A DNA stretch of 64,000 bases from a virus (taxonomy: Duplodnaviria > Caudoviricetes): positions 192,001-256,000 of IMG/VR virus record IMGVR_UViG_3300045596_000094. One strand, 5' to 3'. The notes below the pieces were generated by a model. That model had not been told where the DNA came from. It searched no databases and saw nothing but the letters and a program-made list of their open reading frames with translations. The position numbers were made by a program, and so were the translations under genes. Positions within the stretch are counted from its first letter, which is position 1. The number at the start of each line of letters is the position of its first letter. Below, piece by piece: positions 18,991 through 29,100 of the stretch.

Positions 18991-19455
18991 TTAAGCCAGC
19001 GCTGTGTAAATATAAGTAAACGTTGAATCAGCGATGTCAGCAGCAGGGAAAGATTCTAGAAACTTTTTTCGATAATGTCGATTGTTATCAAAACGCGACA
19101 TCTCCAAATAGGTGAGTATACCCATATCTTTCCGAACGAGACCATCGATAAAGTTACGCTCTAACCCATCCCATTGTTGATCGATTACTACCCATTGTAA
19201 CGCACTGAGATGTCCATCGCCGAGATAAGCAACATCAGGCTGGATTAGTACAACAATGTGTGGAAATTTGGCAGTAAATTTATTAATCCTTTTCATGAAC
19301 TTTTTAGAGGTTAGCGGTACTGCTATATTGTAACGGCCAATAACGACATTGTCGAGAGTACAGAATAATAACAAAGTGATAGGTCGATATGATTCACCAT
19401 CGAAGTTTTTAGGTAGATCGGTAATTGCATTTTTGATAGAAGTTAAAGAGTTCAT
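18991..19455 (-). CDS. Hypothetical protein, paralogue family member B
   Basis: LLLFCTLDNVVIGRY, TAKFPHIVVLIQP, WVVIDQQW; RBS AAGGA. Confidence 0.82.
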   Translation of the reverse strand: MNSLTSIKNAITDLPKNFDGESYRPITLLLFCTLDNVVIGRYNIAVPLTSKKFMKRINKFTAKFPHIVVLIQPDVAYLGDGHLSALQWVVIDQQWDGLERNFIDGLVRKDMGILTYLEMSRFDNNRHYRKKFLESFPAADIADSTFTYIYTALA

Positions 19456-19494
19456 GGTAATTCCTTATTAAAGAGAAGGTTTAAAATATTAAAA

Positions 19495-20003
19495 TTACTT
19501 CGGATACTGCATGGTTTGTAATTGGTGAGCAACCATGTTTTTACCTGAATGGAAAGCTGCTGTAATAGTTTGATCCAGTAACCCACAAGTGCTAAATCCA
19601 TTGCTGCTAAATTCGCAACGTATCGTTGTTTCTCTGAGAATAGCGGGTATGTGATTAACGAATAAGTACACTGTATCCTGCGTAACATTACTGTAAGTAC
19701 TAAGATTCACACCTAACCAAATACCATTTAAACACATAAAGAAATTATTATCGTTGATAATTACATTATTTCTTGAAGTCAGGACAATATACTCGGGGTG
19801 TTGCTTGGTGAAAGTCTCCGCATATTGTTTAAACTCGTTCAGGTGTTTGTCGCAGTTATCTAAAGAATAGATGCCCACAATCATGTCTTCTTTTTAGAAA
19901 AAAGATAGATGTGGTTGATAATGCGGTTATTTGCGGTCAAAGAAACAACACCCTCAACGAGGTTTGTTGTAAGTTGGGTGTAACGTGATGATTTATTAGT
20001 CAT
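19495..20003 (-). pseudogene. Paralogue family member C, split by a -1 frameshift (40-aa ORF 19881-20003 plus 129-aa ORF 19495-19884); pseudogene, recoded gene or sequencing error
   Basis: RBS AAGGA precedes ATG 20003; one extra A in TCT-AAA-AAG gives IYLFSKKEDMIVGIY, gaplessly alignable to IRLYSEEDGCVIGYY of member A. Confidence 0.7.
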
Positions 20004-20056
20004 GTTTAATTCCTTAAAGTGAGTTTAAAAGATAATTTATATTACCTTATTCAAAA

Positions 20057-20090
20057 TGATAGTGTATAATTGTTTTTATTTTAGATTAGA
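20057..20090 (-). promoter_or_regulatory. Putative early promoter
   Basis: Minus strand ctaatctAAAATaaaaacaatTATACACTATCA. Confidence 0.65.
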
Positions 20091-20100
20091 TTTTTAGACA

Positions 20101-20145
20101 GCATAAATAACCCCATAGCCTCGAAAGGCTATAAGGATAATTATG
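20101..20145. terminator. Hairpin flanked by GCATA and TTATG
   Basis: atagcct-cgaa-aggctat core. Confidence 0.65.
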
Positions 20146-20640
20146 TTATTTTTGATGTGAACATAAACCGCGACCAATTGCCTTTTCTAAGCAAATGACT
20201 CTTACTCGAAAAGTAGGACCAAAACTTAATAACCTTAACTCATTAAGCAACATCCTCTGCCAGAGCTCAACTGTTCGTATTAGCTCTAACCCTTCATCTG
20301 CACTGAACTCTGTTTTTCCATAGAACGTTTTTAGCTGTATTCGCTTGACCAGAAAATGTATCATCAAACGAAGCTCCATAACCCCATATGTCTTCCGAAG
20401 AACAACTAACTCGCTATAGATGTGTTGCCATATCCAAACCCGTTCTGCGTCTGTGAGCAAGACAGTACGCACAAAGGTGGAGGTCATTAGATAGATGATA
20501 AACATCGCAGCTAATACACGAATACCCATAAGTAAACAACACTTTCGTTTGAATACTAAGAATAAAGCAACAACTAAAACTAAGCAGTACAGATAAATAA
20601 GATTATCGGATTGCCCCAAGGACAAACCGATAGATCCCAT
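20146..20640 (-). CDS. Putative membrane protein downstream of the protease gene
   Basis: Two N-terminal hydrophobic segments. Confidence 0.7.
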   Translation of the reverse strand: MGSIGLSLGQSDNLIYLYCLVLVVALFLVFKRKCCLLMGIRVLAAMFIIYLMTSTFVRTVLLTDAERVWIWQHIYSELVVLRKTYGVMELRLMIHFLVKRIQLKTFYGKTEFSADEGLELIRTVELWQRMLLNELRLLSFGPTFRVRVICLEKAIGRGLCSHQK

Positions 20641-20644
20641 TACA

Positions 20645-21424
20645 TTATTTCCAATGCGCAGAACGAGGAAGAACCGCAGCCCCTACAATCCCACGAGGAA
20701 TTTCAGGTTGGCGTTTCAAGCGTTCTAAACGTTCAACAATATCGTCAGATTCCATACCCGTAAACAAATCACGAGCACGTGCAATCGCATCGTTCAAGTT
20801 CTGTTGTGTAAAGGTGTGTAAATCTAATTGTTCTAGAGCAGGGTTATGGTATTTCGTAGCTTGCTCAATACCAGGCTCTATCACCCAATCGTAAGTTACA
20901 ATTTCCTGCATTTCTTTGGTCAATACACCGTTTACTGGATTAATGCGATCCATAGTGATTGAACGAATAGAGAATGCTGTATCTTGGTCGTTGTCATCCA
21001 AAGATAACCCTAGGCTTTCAGCAAACGGGCCAGCAGGTTTCAATCGAGCAAATACTGTAACGATGCGACCCCCGTCTTTATTACGGAACAGTGAGTCATC
21101 GATATGAAGTTCTTTGATGTGGTGAGAAACTGATTTCTCATCAATTGTTAATACGCGAATCATCCAGTCTTGTTTCGACATACCTGGGATTGGTTTTGGA
21201 TGACCAGCTTCACCAAATAGTTTCTTACCGGCAATGCGGCGTTGAAAATGGTGTGAGCTATCAAAATGCGATTTGGCGGAATTGAAGGTATAATACGCCC
21301 CAGCGCTGTTATACGTATCAAATCCTCCAACGATCATATCGTAATACCCGTCAGGATCACAACGAAGTTTTCCTTTCTTGGTAGTACCTTGAAGAATCGT
21401 TGGCTGATATGCGAAAGTAGCCAT
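20645..21424 (-). CDS. Prohead (head maturation) serine protease, phiKZ gp175 / T4 gp21-like
   Basis: GEAGHPKP, VSHHIKE, TAFSIRS (catalytic Ser region), IVTYDWVIEPGI. Confidence 0.9.
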   Translation of the reverse strand: MATFAYQPTILQGTTKKGKLRCDPDGYYDMIVGGFDTYNSAGAYYTFNSAKSHFDSSHHFQRRIAGKKLFGEAGHPKPIPGMSKQDWMIRVLTIDEKSVSHHIKELHIDDSLFRNKDGGRIVTVFARLKPAGPFAESLGLSLDDNDQDTAFSIRSITMDRINPVNGVLTKEMQEIVTYDWVIEPGIEQATKYHNPALEQLDLHTFTQQNLNDAIARARDLFTGMESDDIVERLERLKRQPEIPRGIVGAAVLPRSAHWK

Positions 21425-21472
21425 GATTGTTCTCTGAAGATTTCTAAAGTGGGCAAATGCTCATAGCATTTA

Positions 21473-22729
21473 CTAGAGGTTCGTTGTGCGAGGCATTTTC
21501 AGTCTCGGGAGAACGGGTTGTTTGCGTGGACAATGGGCATCTGACAAACGAATTAATCCGAGTGTCATCAGATCCACAGGGAAAGATTCTAGATTGTCGT
21601 AAATGCTTCGTTCGTTCATGACACAAAGCTTAATACGTTCTTCGGCATCTTCGCCCAATTCCTCACCACGCTTCACTTTATCCATAATGAAATTGAACTC
21701 TTCTAAGGTAAGTTCTAAAACAAAAGGAATAATAAGGTTAATCGCAAAGATCGCGTACGGTTGAATACTAGCAAGCTGTTTTAGACGATCTTTCTCATTG
21801 ACTAGGTCTATACCAATCTCTTCGTAAAGTTCCTTAGCTGCGTTATCACGCGGTTCCAGACCCTTTTCCCATGACCCACCAGGAAGTTCGTAAACATAAC
21901 CTTTCTTATTGGTTGATGTGGAACGAAAATCACGCACTAGAACATAACTACGAGAACCATCTGGATTTGTAAAGAAAGGTACCGTGTACGTTGCGTGGGT
22001 TCTACTGAAGATCCACTCACAGCTCTTTTCCCGATCCTCATTCTTGATCCAAATAGATACCCATGCTGAGAAACCAAATAGTTCTTTAAAGTTGTCTAAA
22101 GTAATAACGGACTTTACTTCAAAGGCGAGAACACGGTTCCCTTGATTCTTGTGGGTAATCCACCAATCTTGAAATTGATCTGACTTCCAGAATAGCAAAG
22201 GGATCTTACACTCTAAACCTTTACGTTCTGCACCTTCGCCAATACGCTCTACTGCTTGTTTTAGGCCGTTCTCTAGTTCAAAACATTCTACCTTAAAGCG
22301 TTTAGCCAGATCATCCAAATAACGAACGCTGATGGCGTCATGTGGTCTTGCATAAACCACGCGTCCAGAATCAATGTATCGACCAAACTCAATGTTTGTA
22401 GTAAGTCCAGGGTTTTCTTCAGTTCGAGCAACATAGAAGAAAATAACATCGGCACGATCTAAAGCGGTCTTTTCCCACTCTACTTGATTTTCGTAATCGT
22501 ATTCTTCATCCAACACATTCCCTAATTGAAAATGTTTTTCAGGAATAGGAATATAGATTGTTCCATCGTAACCTAGATTACGGAGTGCCTCTACAGCAAC
22601 ATGTCGCCAAGTTGAACCCATGGTATCACCCACACTGGAGCGAGGGGTGGGTCCCGCAAGGAAGATAGATTTTGTTACGGTATCAGTATCCTGATCATCA
22701 AAATAACTATCGCTATACTTAATAAACAT
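21473..22729 (-). CDS. Fusion: nucleoside 2-deoxyribosyltransferase-like domain + NUDIX hydrolase
   Basis: N-term SIFLAGPTPRS..WR..QVEWEKTALDRADVIFF..TTNIEFG; C-term Nudix box ELPGGSWEKGLEPRDNAAKELYEEIG; start moved to MFIKYS (RBS GGAGA). Confidence 0.88.
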   Translation of the reverse strand: MFIKYSDSYFDDQDTDTVTKSIFLAGPTPRSSVGDTMGSTWRHVAVEALRNLGYDGTIYIPIPEKHFQLGNVLDEEYDYENQVEWEKTALDRADVIFFYVARTEENPGLTTNIEFGRYIDSGRVVYARPHDAISVRYLDDLAKRFKVECFELENGLKQAVERIGEGAERKGLECKIPLLFWKSDQFQDWWITHKNQGNRVLAFEVKSVITLDNFKELFGFSAWVSIWIKNEDREKSCEWIFSRTHATYTVPFFTNPDGSRSYVLVRDFRSTSTNKKGYVYELPGGSWEKGLEPRDNAAKELYEEIGIDLVNEKDRLKQLASIQPYAIFAINLIIPFVLELTLEEFNFIMDKVKRGEELGEDAEERIKLCVMNERSIYDNLESFPVDLMTLGLIRLSDAHCPRKQPVLPRLKMPRTTNL

Positions 22730-22743
22730 CACTTTCTCCAGAT

Positions 22744-23043
22744 TTAAATGCGACGACAACCGCGTGTACTTACAACAAACGCGGTGGACTCAGGGATTTC
22801 TTTATAACTTGACCAGGCAGCCTGATCAACATAGCAGTTAAAGCTATAGCCGTTAATGTGGGTGGTTTTAATATCACCGCTAAACCCCATCGAAAAAGCA
22901 ATATCGACCGTATTGTTAGATACTACTTTACTCGGATCTAGAAGTAAAGAAGCGGCATTACCTGCTACTGCGAAAAAGACACGACTGATTTTATTCTTAT
23001 CTGCAAACTCATTGATTGCTTCAATTAACGCTACACGTTCCAT
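22744..23043 (-). CDS. Small protein, possibly a degenerate nucleotidyltransferase-like fold
   Basis: FAVAGNAASLLL...TVDIAF resembles hG[GS]xA...DxD but has only one Asp; start moved to MERVAL. Confidence 0.55.
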   Translation of the reverse strand: MERVALIEAINEFADKNKISRVFFAVAGNAASLLLDPSKVVSNNTVDIAFSMGFSGDIKTTHINGYSFNCYVDQAAWSSYKEIPESTAFVVSTRGCRRI

Positions 23044-23082
23044 AACGGTCACCAATAGACAAAATTCATAGAATGCCAAAGA

Positions 23083-23128
23083 AAAAAGATAATGGAGAAA
23101 AACCCAGACCACCCGAAGGTAGTCTGGG
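23083..23128 (-). terminator. cUUCGg hairpin with U tract
   Basis: cccagaccacccgaaggtagtctggg at 23103-23128. Confidence 0.75.
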
Positions 23129-23135
23129 GATGTTG

Positions 23136-23309
23136 TTAGTTATTACCGCGTAACTGGTTAATCGTTAATGATGTCGAAGCAACAATAAAAGTTGCAACTA
23201 ACACCGTGCGAGCAATTATGCAAGGGCCTTTTAAGGATACCTGCGCAGCTATGTGCGCGGCTGATAAAAGTGCAATCTTTTCAGAATGATCTAATTTACG
23301 TTTAGTCAT
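23136..23309 (-). CDS. Small hydrophobic protein (57 aa, MTKRKLDHSEK...)
   Basis: Read manually; RBS AAGGA; below ORF-track cutoff. Confidence 0.6.
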   Translation of the reverse strand: MTKRKLDHSEKIALLSAAHIAAQVSLKGPCIIARTVLVATFIVASTSLTINQLRGNN

Positions 23310-23406
23310 TGCGTTTTTCCTTCTTGTATCGGTTACCGGTGCGTTTGATTTTACCTTGGCTAATGTTGCGATATATTTCTTTTAAAGCAAGTACAAGAAT
23401 ATCCAT
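23302..23406 (-). CDS. Small basic protein (34 aa, MDILVLALKEIYRN...)
   Basis: TAATG coupling to upstream gene; overlaps the next start. Confidence 0.5.
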   Translation of the reverse strand: MDILVLALKEIYRNISQGKIKRTGNRYKKEKRND

Positions 23407-23672
23407 TAGTTTGTCTCCACGCAAGTATTAGTGAGGATGTTTAATTTGTCATTGCGTCTTTGAGTGATGATTCTGCAGTGACGATCATAGGTCAGAATGA
23501 ATACGTCATCTTTCAGCGATTCTTCGAGTCGTAACGAGGTTGGTTTAATACCTTGTTCAACCAAAGCGGTAACTGCTAATAATCTAACAGTTTTAGATTT
23601 GTTTGCATATGCGTAAGTTACACTGATAAGTCCGATAACAACTAATGCTAAAATTGCGTATAATGTTTTCAT
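23406..23672 (-). CDS. Small membrane-anchored or secreted protein with C-terminal Cys pair
   Basis: Start moved to MKTLYAIL (RBS AAGGA); N-terminal hydrophobic helix. Confidence 0.75.
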   Translation of the reverse strand: MKTLYAILALVVIGLISVTYAYANKSKTVRLLAVTALVEQGIKPTSLRLEESLKDDVFILTYDRHCRIITQRRNDKLNILTNTCVETN

Positions 23673-23730
23673 GATAATTTCCTTAAAGAGAAAGTAGAAG
23701 AAAGAAAGCATATACTTTCCTATTCACTTA

Positions 23731-23762
23731 GGTAATGTGTATCTGAAATAATTTTAATTGAG
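23731..23762 (-). promoter_or_regulatory. Putative early promoter
   Basis: Minus strand CTCAATTAAAATTATTTCAgatacacattacc; first 19 nt identical to the copy at 62399-62430. Confidence 0.72.
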
Positions 23763-23778
23763 ACAAAAGACAGCATAG

Positions 23779-23804
23779 CTAGAGAGTCCCTAGGGACTCT
23801 CTAG
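23779..23804. terminator. Perfect 26-bp CCCTAGGG palindrome ending the vRNAP operon
   Basis: ctagagagtccctagggactctctag; gcata to its left. Confidence 0.78.
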
Positions 23805-23811
23805 TATTGTG

Positions 23812-24513
23812 TTATTTACGTAACATGTTCTCAATAGCTTCTGGTTTCGTTGTAGGGGACACTAAGGCTGATGTGACACCATCCTCAAGGTTAGCCCCTA
23901 AAAGCTTCGCTGTCGTGCTTGAGGCGTTAAATAGAACACTATTGAACGGTACAACCACCGCAGGCTTATCCATTGGTCCATGTCGCCAGAATTTAAACTT
24001 ATCTTCACTATCGTGACTGATAATCGAAGTAACGATTTCAAACGGTACGTTGTTAGGGGAAATGTTCAACCCACCATATTCACGGTGAAGTGCAAATAGA
24101 TTCCCCATATCGTCCTGTGTCATAAAGTCTGGTGCCCGACCATTTGAATAGAAGTATTTGTTCATCTCGTAAAGTAAGTCAGAATCTTTGACAATCGTTC
24201 TGTCAGAGATTACTGGGGAACCCGCTTCAAAAGAGAACTCAATCCACTCAGTACCATTTGTCTTTACTTGTCGGGTTTGATCTGGTTTAATGTCAATAGC
24301 ACAACAGCCATTGAGTACACCATATCGATTTCCCACAACAAAAGCCGCAACAGCCAAGATCGTGACTTTCTCACCCATCTTAGCCATGCGGTATGACAAA
24401 TAGTTATACGGGATAACAATCTTACAAGCCTGCTTTGCGATATATTGCGTCTGCGTTTCCACGAGAGTATTTTCAATGAGTTTATAATCTCGTGTTAGCT
24501 TAGTAAAATCCAT
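23812..24513 (-). CDS. Virion RNA polymerase beta' C-terminal subunit (SPN3US gp244 / phiKZ gp176-like)
   Basis: NNVPFEIVTSII and SVLFNASSTTAKLLGANLEDGVTSALV..EAIENML resemble RpoC C-terminal NDKHIEVIVRQM and ASLATESFISAASFQET..LKENVI; position in vRNAP operon. Confidence 0.7.
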   Translation of the reverse strand: MDFTKLTRDYKLIENTLVETQTQYIAKQACKIVIPYNYLSYRMAKMGEKVTILAVAAFVVGNRYGVLNGCCAIDIKPDQTRQVKTNGTEWIEFSFEAGSPVISDRTIVKDSDLLYEMNKYFYSNGRAPDFMTQDDMGNLFALHREYGGLNISPNNVPFEIVTSIISHDSEDKFKFWRHGPMDKPAVVVPFNSVLFNASSTTAKLLGANLEDGVTSALVSPTTKPEAIENMLRK

Positions 24514-24514
24514 C

Positions 24515-25969
24515 CTAACCTCGTGGCAGTTGTTTTACTTCAACATGATCCATAGACCATTGAACTAACCATTCAATGATACCCAACTCTAGGGCTTCGT
24601 CAAATTCAACACCTTCGAGCTTATCACACACCGCATCTACTGCTTTCAAGACAGCGTTGTAATCGGTATCTGGCCAAAGTGCATCGATCATGATACTGCG
24701 TGTTTTGATAAAGGCATCAGATGGCGCCAATACGAAACTACGCTCATACATGTCATCAATTGCAGCGGTATTGAGTTTAATACCATGCTCTTCACTATAC
24801 TTGTAGAGTTCACGGCGAAGTTCATGTACGAATTTACGTTGGAAATCATCTAGATTAGAACTTTGGGCAATTTGCACATGCGTCAACCACTGCTGTTCTA
24901 AACGAGGACCATCTGCAAGAATTTCATGCATACGTCGTTCTTTAGTACCTACATAGCTACCGTAGATAGCGTCAACAGAACCGCCTTGATCTAAGAACTT
25001 GTTATAAGCAACACCACAAACAACGATAGCCTTAGAAGAGTCGTACATTGAACCATCAGATGGGAACGAGATGATTAGGCGATCTGCCTGAGCATCCAGA
25101 AGATAACCTTGAACTGTTTCAACAATGTAATTCGCATGCCAAGCAGCAACCGCACCCAATTCATTGCGGTAAGCATCATGTTCCATTCCGTAGCAACCTT
25201 CAGGGATATTTTCCATGAAGTGGATGACCATAAAGAATGCAACAATAGATTCAGGTAATTGACCTTGGCCCGGGTAACGTGTCGCTTCCTTTACATTGAA
25301 GATTTCACTGTAAGTATGTTCAACTAAGTTTGCAAGGTTGTATTCGGATAAGAACTCAGCCACCTCAGCATCAATCAAACCATTCCCGGTTTTAATTGCT
25401 GCTACTAAATTATCTACAGCCATTTCAGGGAAGGTGATATCCGTGCTAATGCACTGATGTGAGTTTTTGTCAACGTAGTGCGCGAGAAGCTCACCGAAAG
25501 CTGCATTAGACCAAAGCGCTAATTCTGATTTGTTGGTTTCGATTGAAAGTTTCACACCACCAGTTTCCACCATATCAGAAACGCGGTTATACGCATTTTC
25601 AAAGATAGTTGAAATGGTTGGGTTAACATTGTTTTTCAAACCGTCAACAATACCAAGTACAATCGGTTTTAATTCTGCAACAGCTTTCAGACAAAGTTCG
25701 TCGTAGAATACACCCGCTTTAACTTCTTCTGCTTCTTCAGCACTTTCGAAAGAAGCTGCAAAAATAGAAGGGTGTTTGTTATCGAAGTTCGCATTGATCT
25801 GAGCTACGAAAGATTCAGTAGAAACATCTTCTGTAAATTCTGCTTCTGCTTCTTCAGCCAACGCTTCTGCTAAGGGTGCGAAAACACTATTTGGTTTGGG
25901 TTGAATATATAAACCGATGCTGGTTAAATAATCAGTCAATTGACGAGAAATAGGTTTAATCGTTTGCAT
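24515..25969 (-). CDS. Virion head protein with acidic propeptide (phiKZ gp177-like)
   Basis: Position in vRNAP operon; Glu-rich N-terminus with VSTE and ASFE motifs. Confidence 0.65.
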   Translation of the reverse strand: MQTIKPISRQLTDYLTSIGLYIQPKPNSVFAPLAEALAEEAEAEFTEDVSTESFVAQINANFDNKHPSIFAASFESAEEAEEVKAGVFYDELCLKAVAELKPIVLGIVDGLKNNVNPTISTIFENAYNRVSDMVETGGVKLSIETNKSELALWSNAAFGELLAHYVDKNSHQCISTDITFPEMAVDNLVAAIKTGNGLIDAEVAEFLSEYNLANLVEHTYSEIFNVKEATRYPGQGQLPESIVAFFMVIHFMENIPEGCYGMEHDAYRNELGAVAAWHANYIVETVQGYLLDAQADRLIISFPSDGSMYDSSKAIVVCGVAYNKFLDQGGSVDAIYGSYVGTKERRMHEILADGPRLEQQWLTHVQIAQSSNLDDFQRKFVHELRRELYKYSEEHGIKLNTAAIDDMYERSFVLAPSDAFIKTRSIMIDALWPDTDYNAVLKAVDAVCDKLEGVEFDEALELGIIEWLVQWSMDHVEVKQLPRG

Positions 25970-25971
25970 GA

Positions 25972-26160
25972 TTAGCTCTCCACCGTTTGATGTTTAGCGG
26001 CATGCTTACGGATAGAAGCTACCACCTTTTGTTCAGTCACGACGTCACGCGCCTGTGACTGGCGCTCAGGATTTCTCACTGAGGCAGTCAGGCATGTGAT
26101 GAGATGAACTAAACTCTCAGTAGTCGCCAATGACTTGAGATACAGAGGGTTCGGTTTCAT
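25972..26160 (-). CDS. Small protein in vRNAP operon
   Basis: RBS AAGGTG; fills the gap between two core genes. Confidence 0.7.
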   Translation of the reverse strand: MKPNPLYLKSLATTESLVHLITCLTASVRNPERQSQARDVVTEQKVVASIRKHAAKHQTVES

Positions 26161-26171
26161 GTTTCACCTTT

Positions 26172-29100
26172 TTATTTAGATGGGTTGTCCAATGGTTTTC
26201 CATAGTAAGCGTCTACCACTTCTTTTTCAATCAATGAAAGAACGGTATTGGTTGTTGCAATGAGATCCATGGAGTTAACGATACGGTTTGCAATAGATTG
26301 ACGAGAGAAGGCTACATCAATCACATCACCACGTTCTGACACATACGGTTTATCGACCACTTTAGAGATGATAGACTTCATTTGATTACCAAATACAAGT
26401 TTATCCCCCACACCTGCCCCTACCGTTTCGGTAACGTAGAAACAGATAACGACATGGTCTTTTGTAATGTCAGTATTGTTGATGCGATATGATGGATCAA
26501 CATAAGCTGATTTGACAGGAATACCCAGAGCTTTATTTTCACGATACAGTTCAGCATCTGAACGAGATACAATTTCTTGTAGTGATTCAGACATGTGATC
26601 AATATCACCAGTATAAATTACTTCCATCCGGTCAATGATCCCGTGATGGTCTGCTCGTGGTGTTAAGGTGTTCAAGAGATCCAATGCTTCTTTTGCATCT
26701 TCACTATAATGATTACCTAAACCTGACATAGGGGGTCTTAAATTACATAGAATTGTCTCGTAATCGACCTTATCCCCTACTTTTGCTATTAGTTCCACGT
26801 CATGGTCAAAAGGAATTTTAACGTAACGTTTCTCTGTAGCGCCAGTCGTCAACTTACCACCAAACCCACGAGATACGGAACACGCATCCTCTAGGGTCTC
26901 AGTACTTTCAACCATCAACATCTTAGCAGTCATACCGCGTTTAAAGATGATCTGTCTAGGATCAATCGTGTCTGGTTGGAAATAATGGGAGTTATAAGTC
27001 AGGATATCATCCTTCTCAAACTTCTCCCCTACCTTGACATGTGAAACAATGTCGTGCGGTAGAATCTTACCAGACCACGTACCGAACTTACGTCCGATCT
27101 TAAAGACCTCCTCAGTGCCATCATCGTAAATAACCTCTAAGAACTTAGAACTTACCGATTTGACTTTCCCGCCCATTTGAGCGACATTCACCCAACTACT
27201 ATTTGTACGGTAGGCGATCGTTAATTCACCACCAGTACGAACACGGTTTGGTACAGAATTATAAAGGAAAGTAGACGAGGTCATCATCACATTGGTAAAT
27301 GTTACACGCTTACTGTCATCGGTATCAGACCCAGCCGAGATTAACATCGCTGTAGATTGCAGTTTAGTTTTTCCAGCGCTAGCAGGATCTTCTAAAGGTT
27401 TATTGATCCCAGATAAGCTAACAATGTTTGGATCTGCAGTAAGGTACGTTACTGTACCAACTGACCCGTTATCCACGTTTGCTTCTGAAACCACACCCAC
27501 AGCATCCTTAGCGAACTGACGGTGTTTAGCTGTCATCGAGTCAGCAGAACGCCCACCCGCACCACGGAATACCACAACCTCTTTCTCTTTGATCGCATGA
27601 ATTGGATTCGATTCTTCAATCGGTCCAACGGTTTGATCTTGGATAATAGAGAACCATACAGCTTTAGGGTTTAACTCTAAGCGGGAACTCTTCGACAGCG
27701 GTGCGTTGTTATAACGACGAATCTCTTTAAAGAGTTGTTCATACATCATTCCAACAATTCGACGATATCCACGAATATAAGAACCTTCAATACCGTTAGG
27801 GTCTTTATGTTGATCATCTGCAAGCTTATCTACAGCTGATAAGAACAACAAAACCATATCGGTCGGCTCTTCCATCTCGATCAGTAGTTCTCGAGTCATA
27901 TGGTCAACCCAAGAACTGTACATCAAATCGTAAAACTTCGTATGTCTGAATTCTCCACCTAGCGCTTTAATACAACGAGCGTATATATCAGGTTTATCAA
28001 AAGAATAAACCGACAACCCTTTGATTACGTTTTTCAAACGGTTTAACCCATTAAAGATTAATTCCGCTTTACGCTCACGCTTATCGAAAACTAAGATTTC
28101 ATCTTCGAAATAAACAGGGAATTCATAGTCAGCAAAGATGTTTCCTTTACCACGACGAGGTAAACGTCTACAAGTTACCCCTGTTGTTTTGATGAGGTTA
28201 CCCAAACCGATTTTGTACCCTAATAAGAATACCACTGGTACAGGTGTACCCATCAACCGAACTTCAGCATATTCAACTGGGCGCTTAGAGGATTCCATTC
28301 CTAAGAATCGAGGGATATCGCCCAATGACTCCACTTTACCTGAATTGATGTAACGAACAAAAAGCTCGTCATTCTGCTCAAGATAAAGTACAGCTGATTC
28401 GGAACTACCCTCACGATACCCTACAGGAATCTGCTTTTCTATATTCAATAGTTTCAACACAGATTCAGGGAACACGATTTGGATGTTTGCGTAGTTAAAT
28501 GAAAGTTTAGTTTCGCCGTAAGACAACGCGGAAATATGCCTAGCAATAGATGTATAGCTGTAAGGTAGTTTTACATCGCGGTTAAACACATCCTCGTAAA
28601 TCACTTCGCCCACTTTAGAATTAGGGTCCATAGCAGCAAGGTTAATTTGCTGGATGATCCATCTTTCAAAATTGAACTGCATTCGATCAGTACGATTCAC
28701 AAACATCTTAGAGAAATAGGAAGTGAGCGCTACTGAATTCTGGGCAACTTTACGAATCGGAAGGTCAACTCGCTGAGATCTCATTGAATAGAGTACATTA
28801 TTTGCTTTGAAAATACCGTCTTTATCGGGAATAGGGAACGACATCTTAACGGTAGTAGGTGAGCCCACCAGTGGTGTGAACTGAACACTTAACTCCATAA
28901 CGGAGCTGAGATAATCATCCTTACGTTCAGCTTTAAAGTCTGTTACAGCAATACCTGATTGCTGTACATGAAGCATACAGTTCTCAATGTCTTTAGATAA
29001 CACATCTTTAATGTAGCGACTACGAAAGTCTTTTAAAGAATAGTTCATCATGGACTTATCGAATACACCCACTAAGTCACGCTGTAGTAAGCGAGTAGAC

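Noticed and set aside
19452-19688. 78-aa alternative-frame ORF
   Set aside because: Overlaps the paralogue-family ORF, which has homology support
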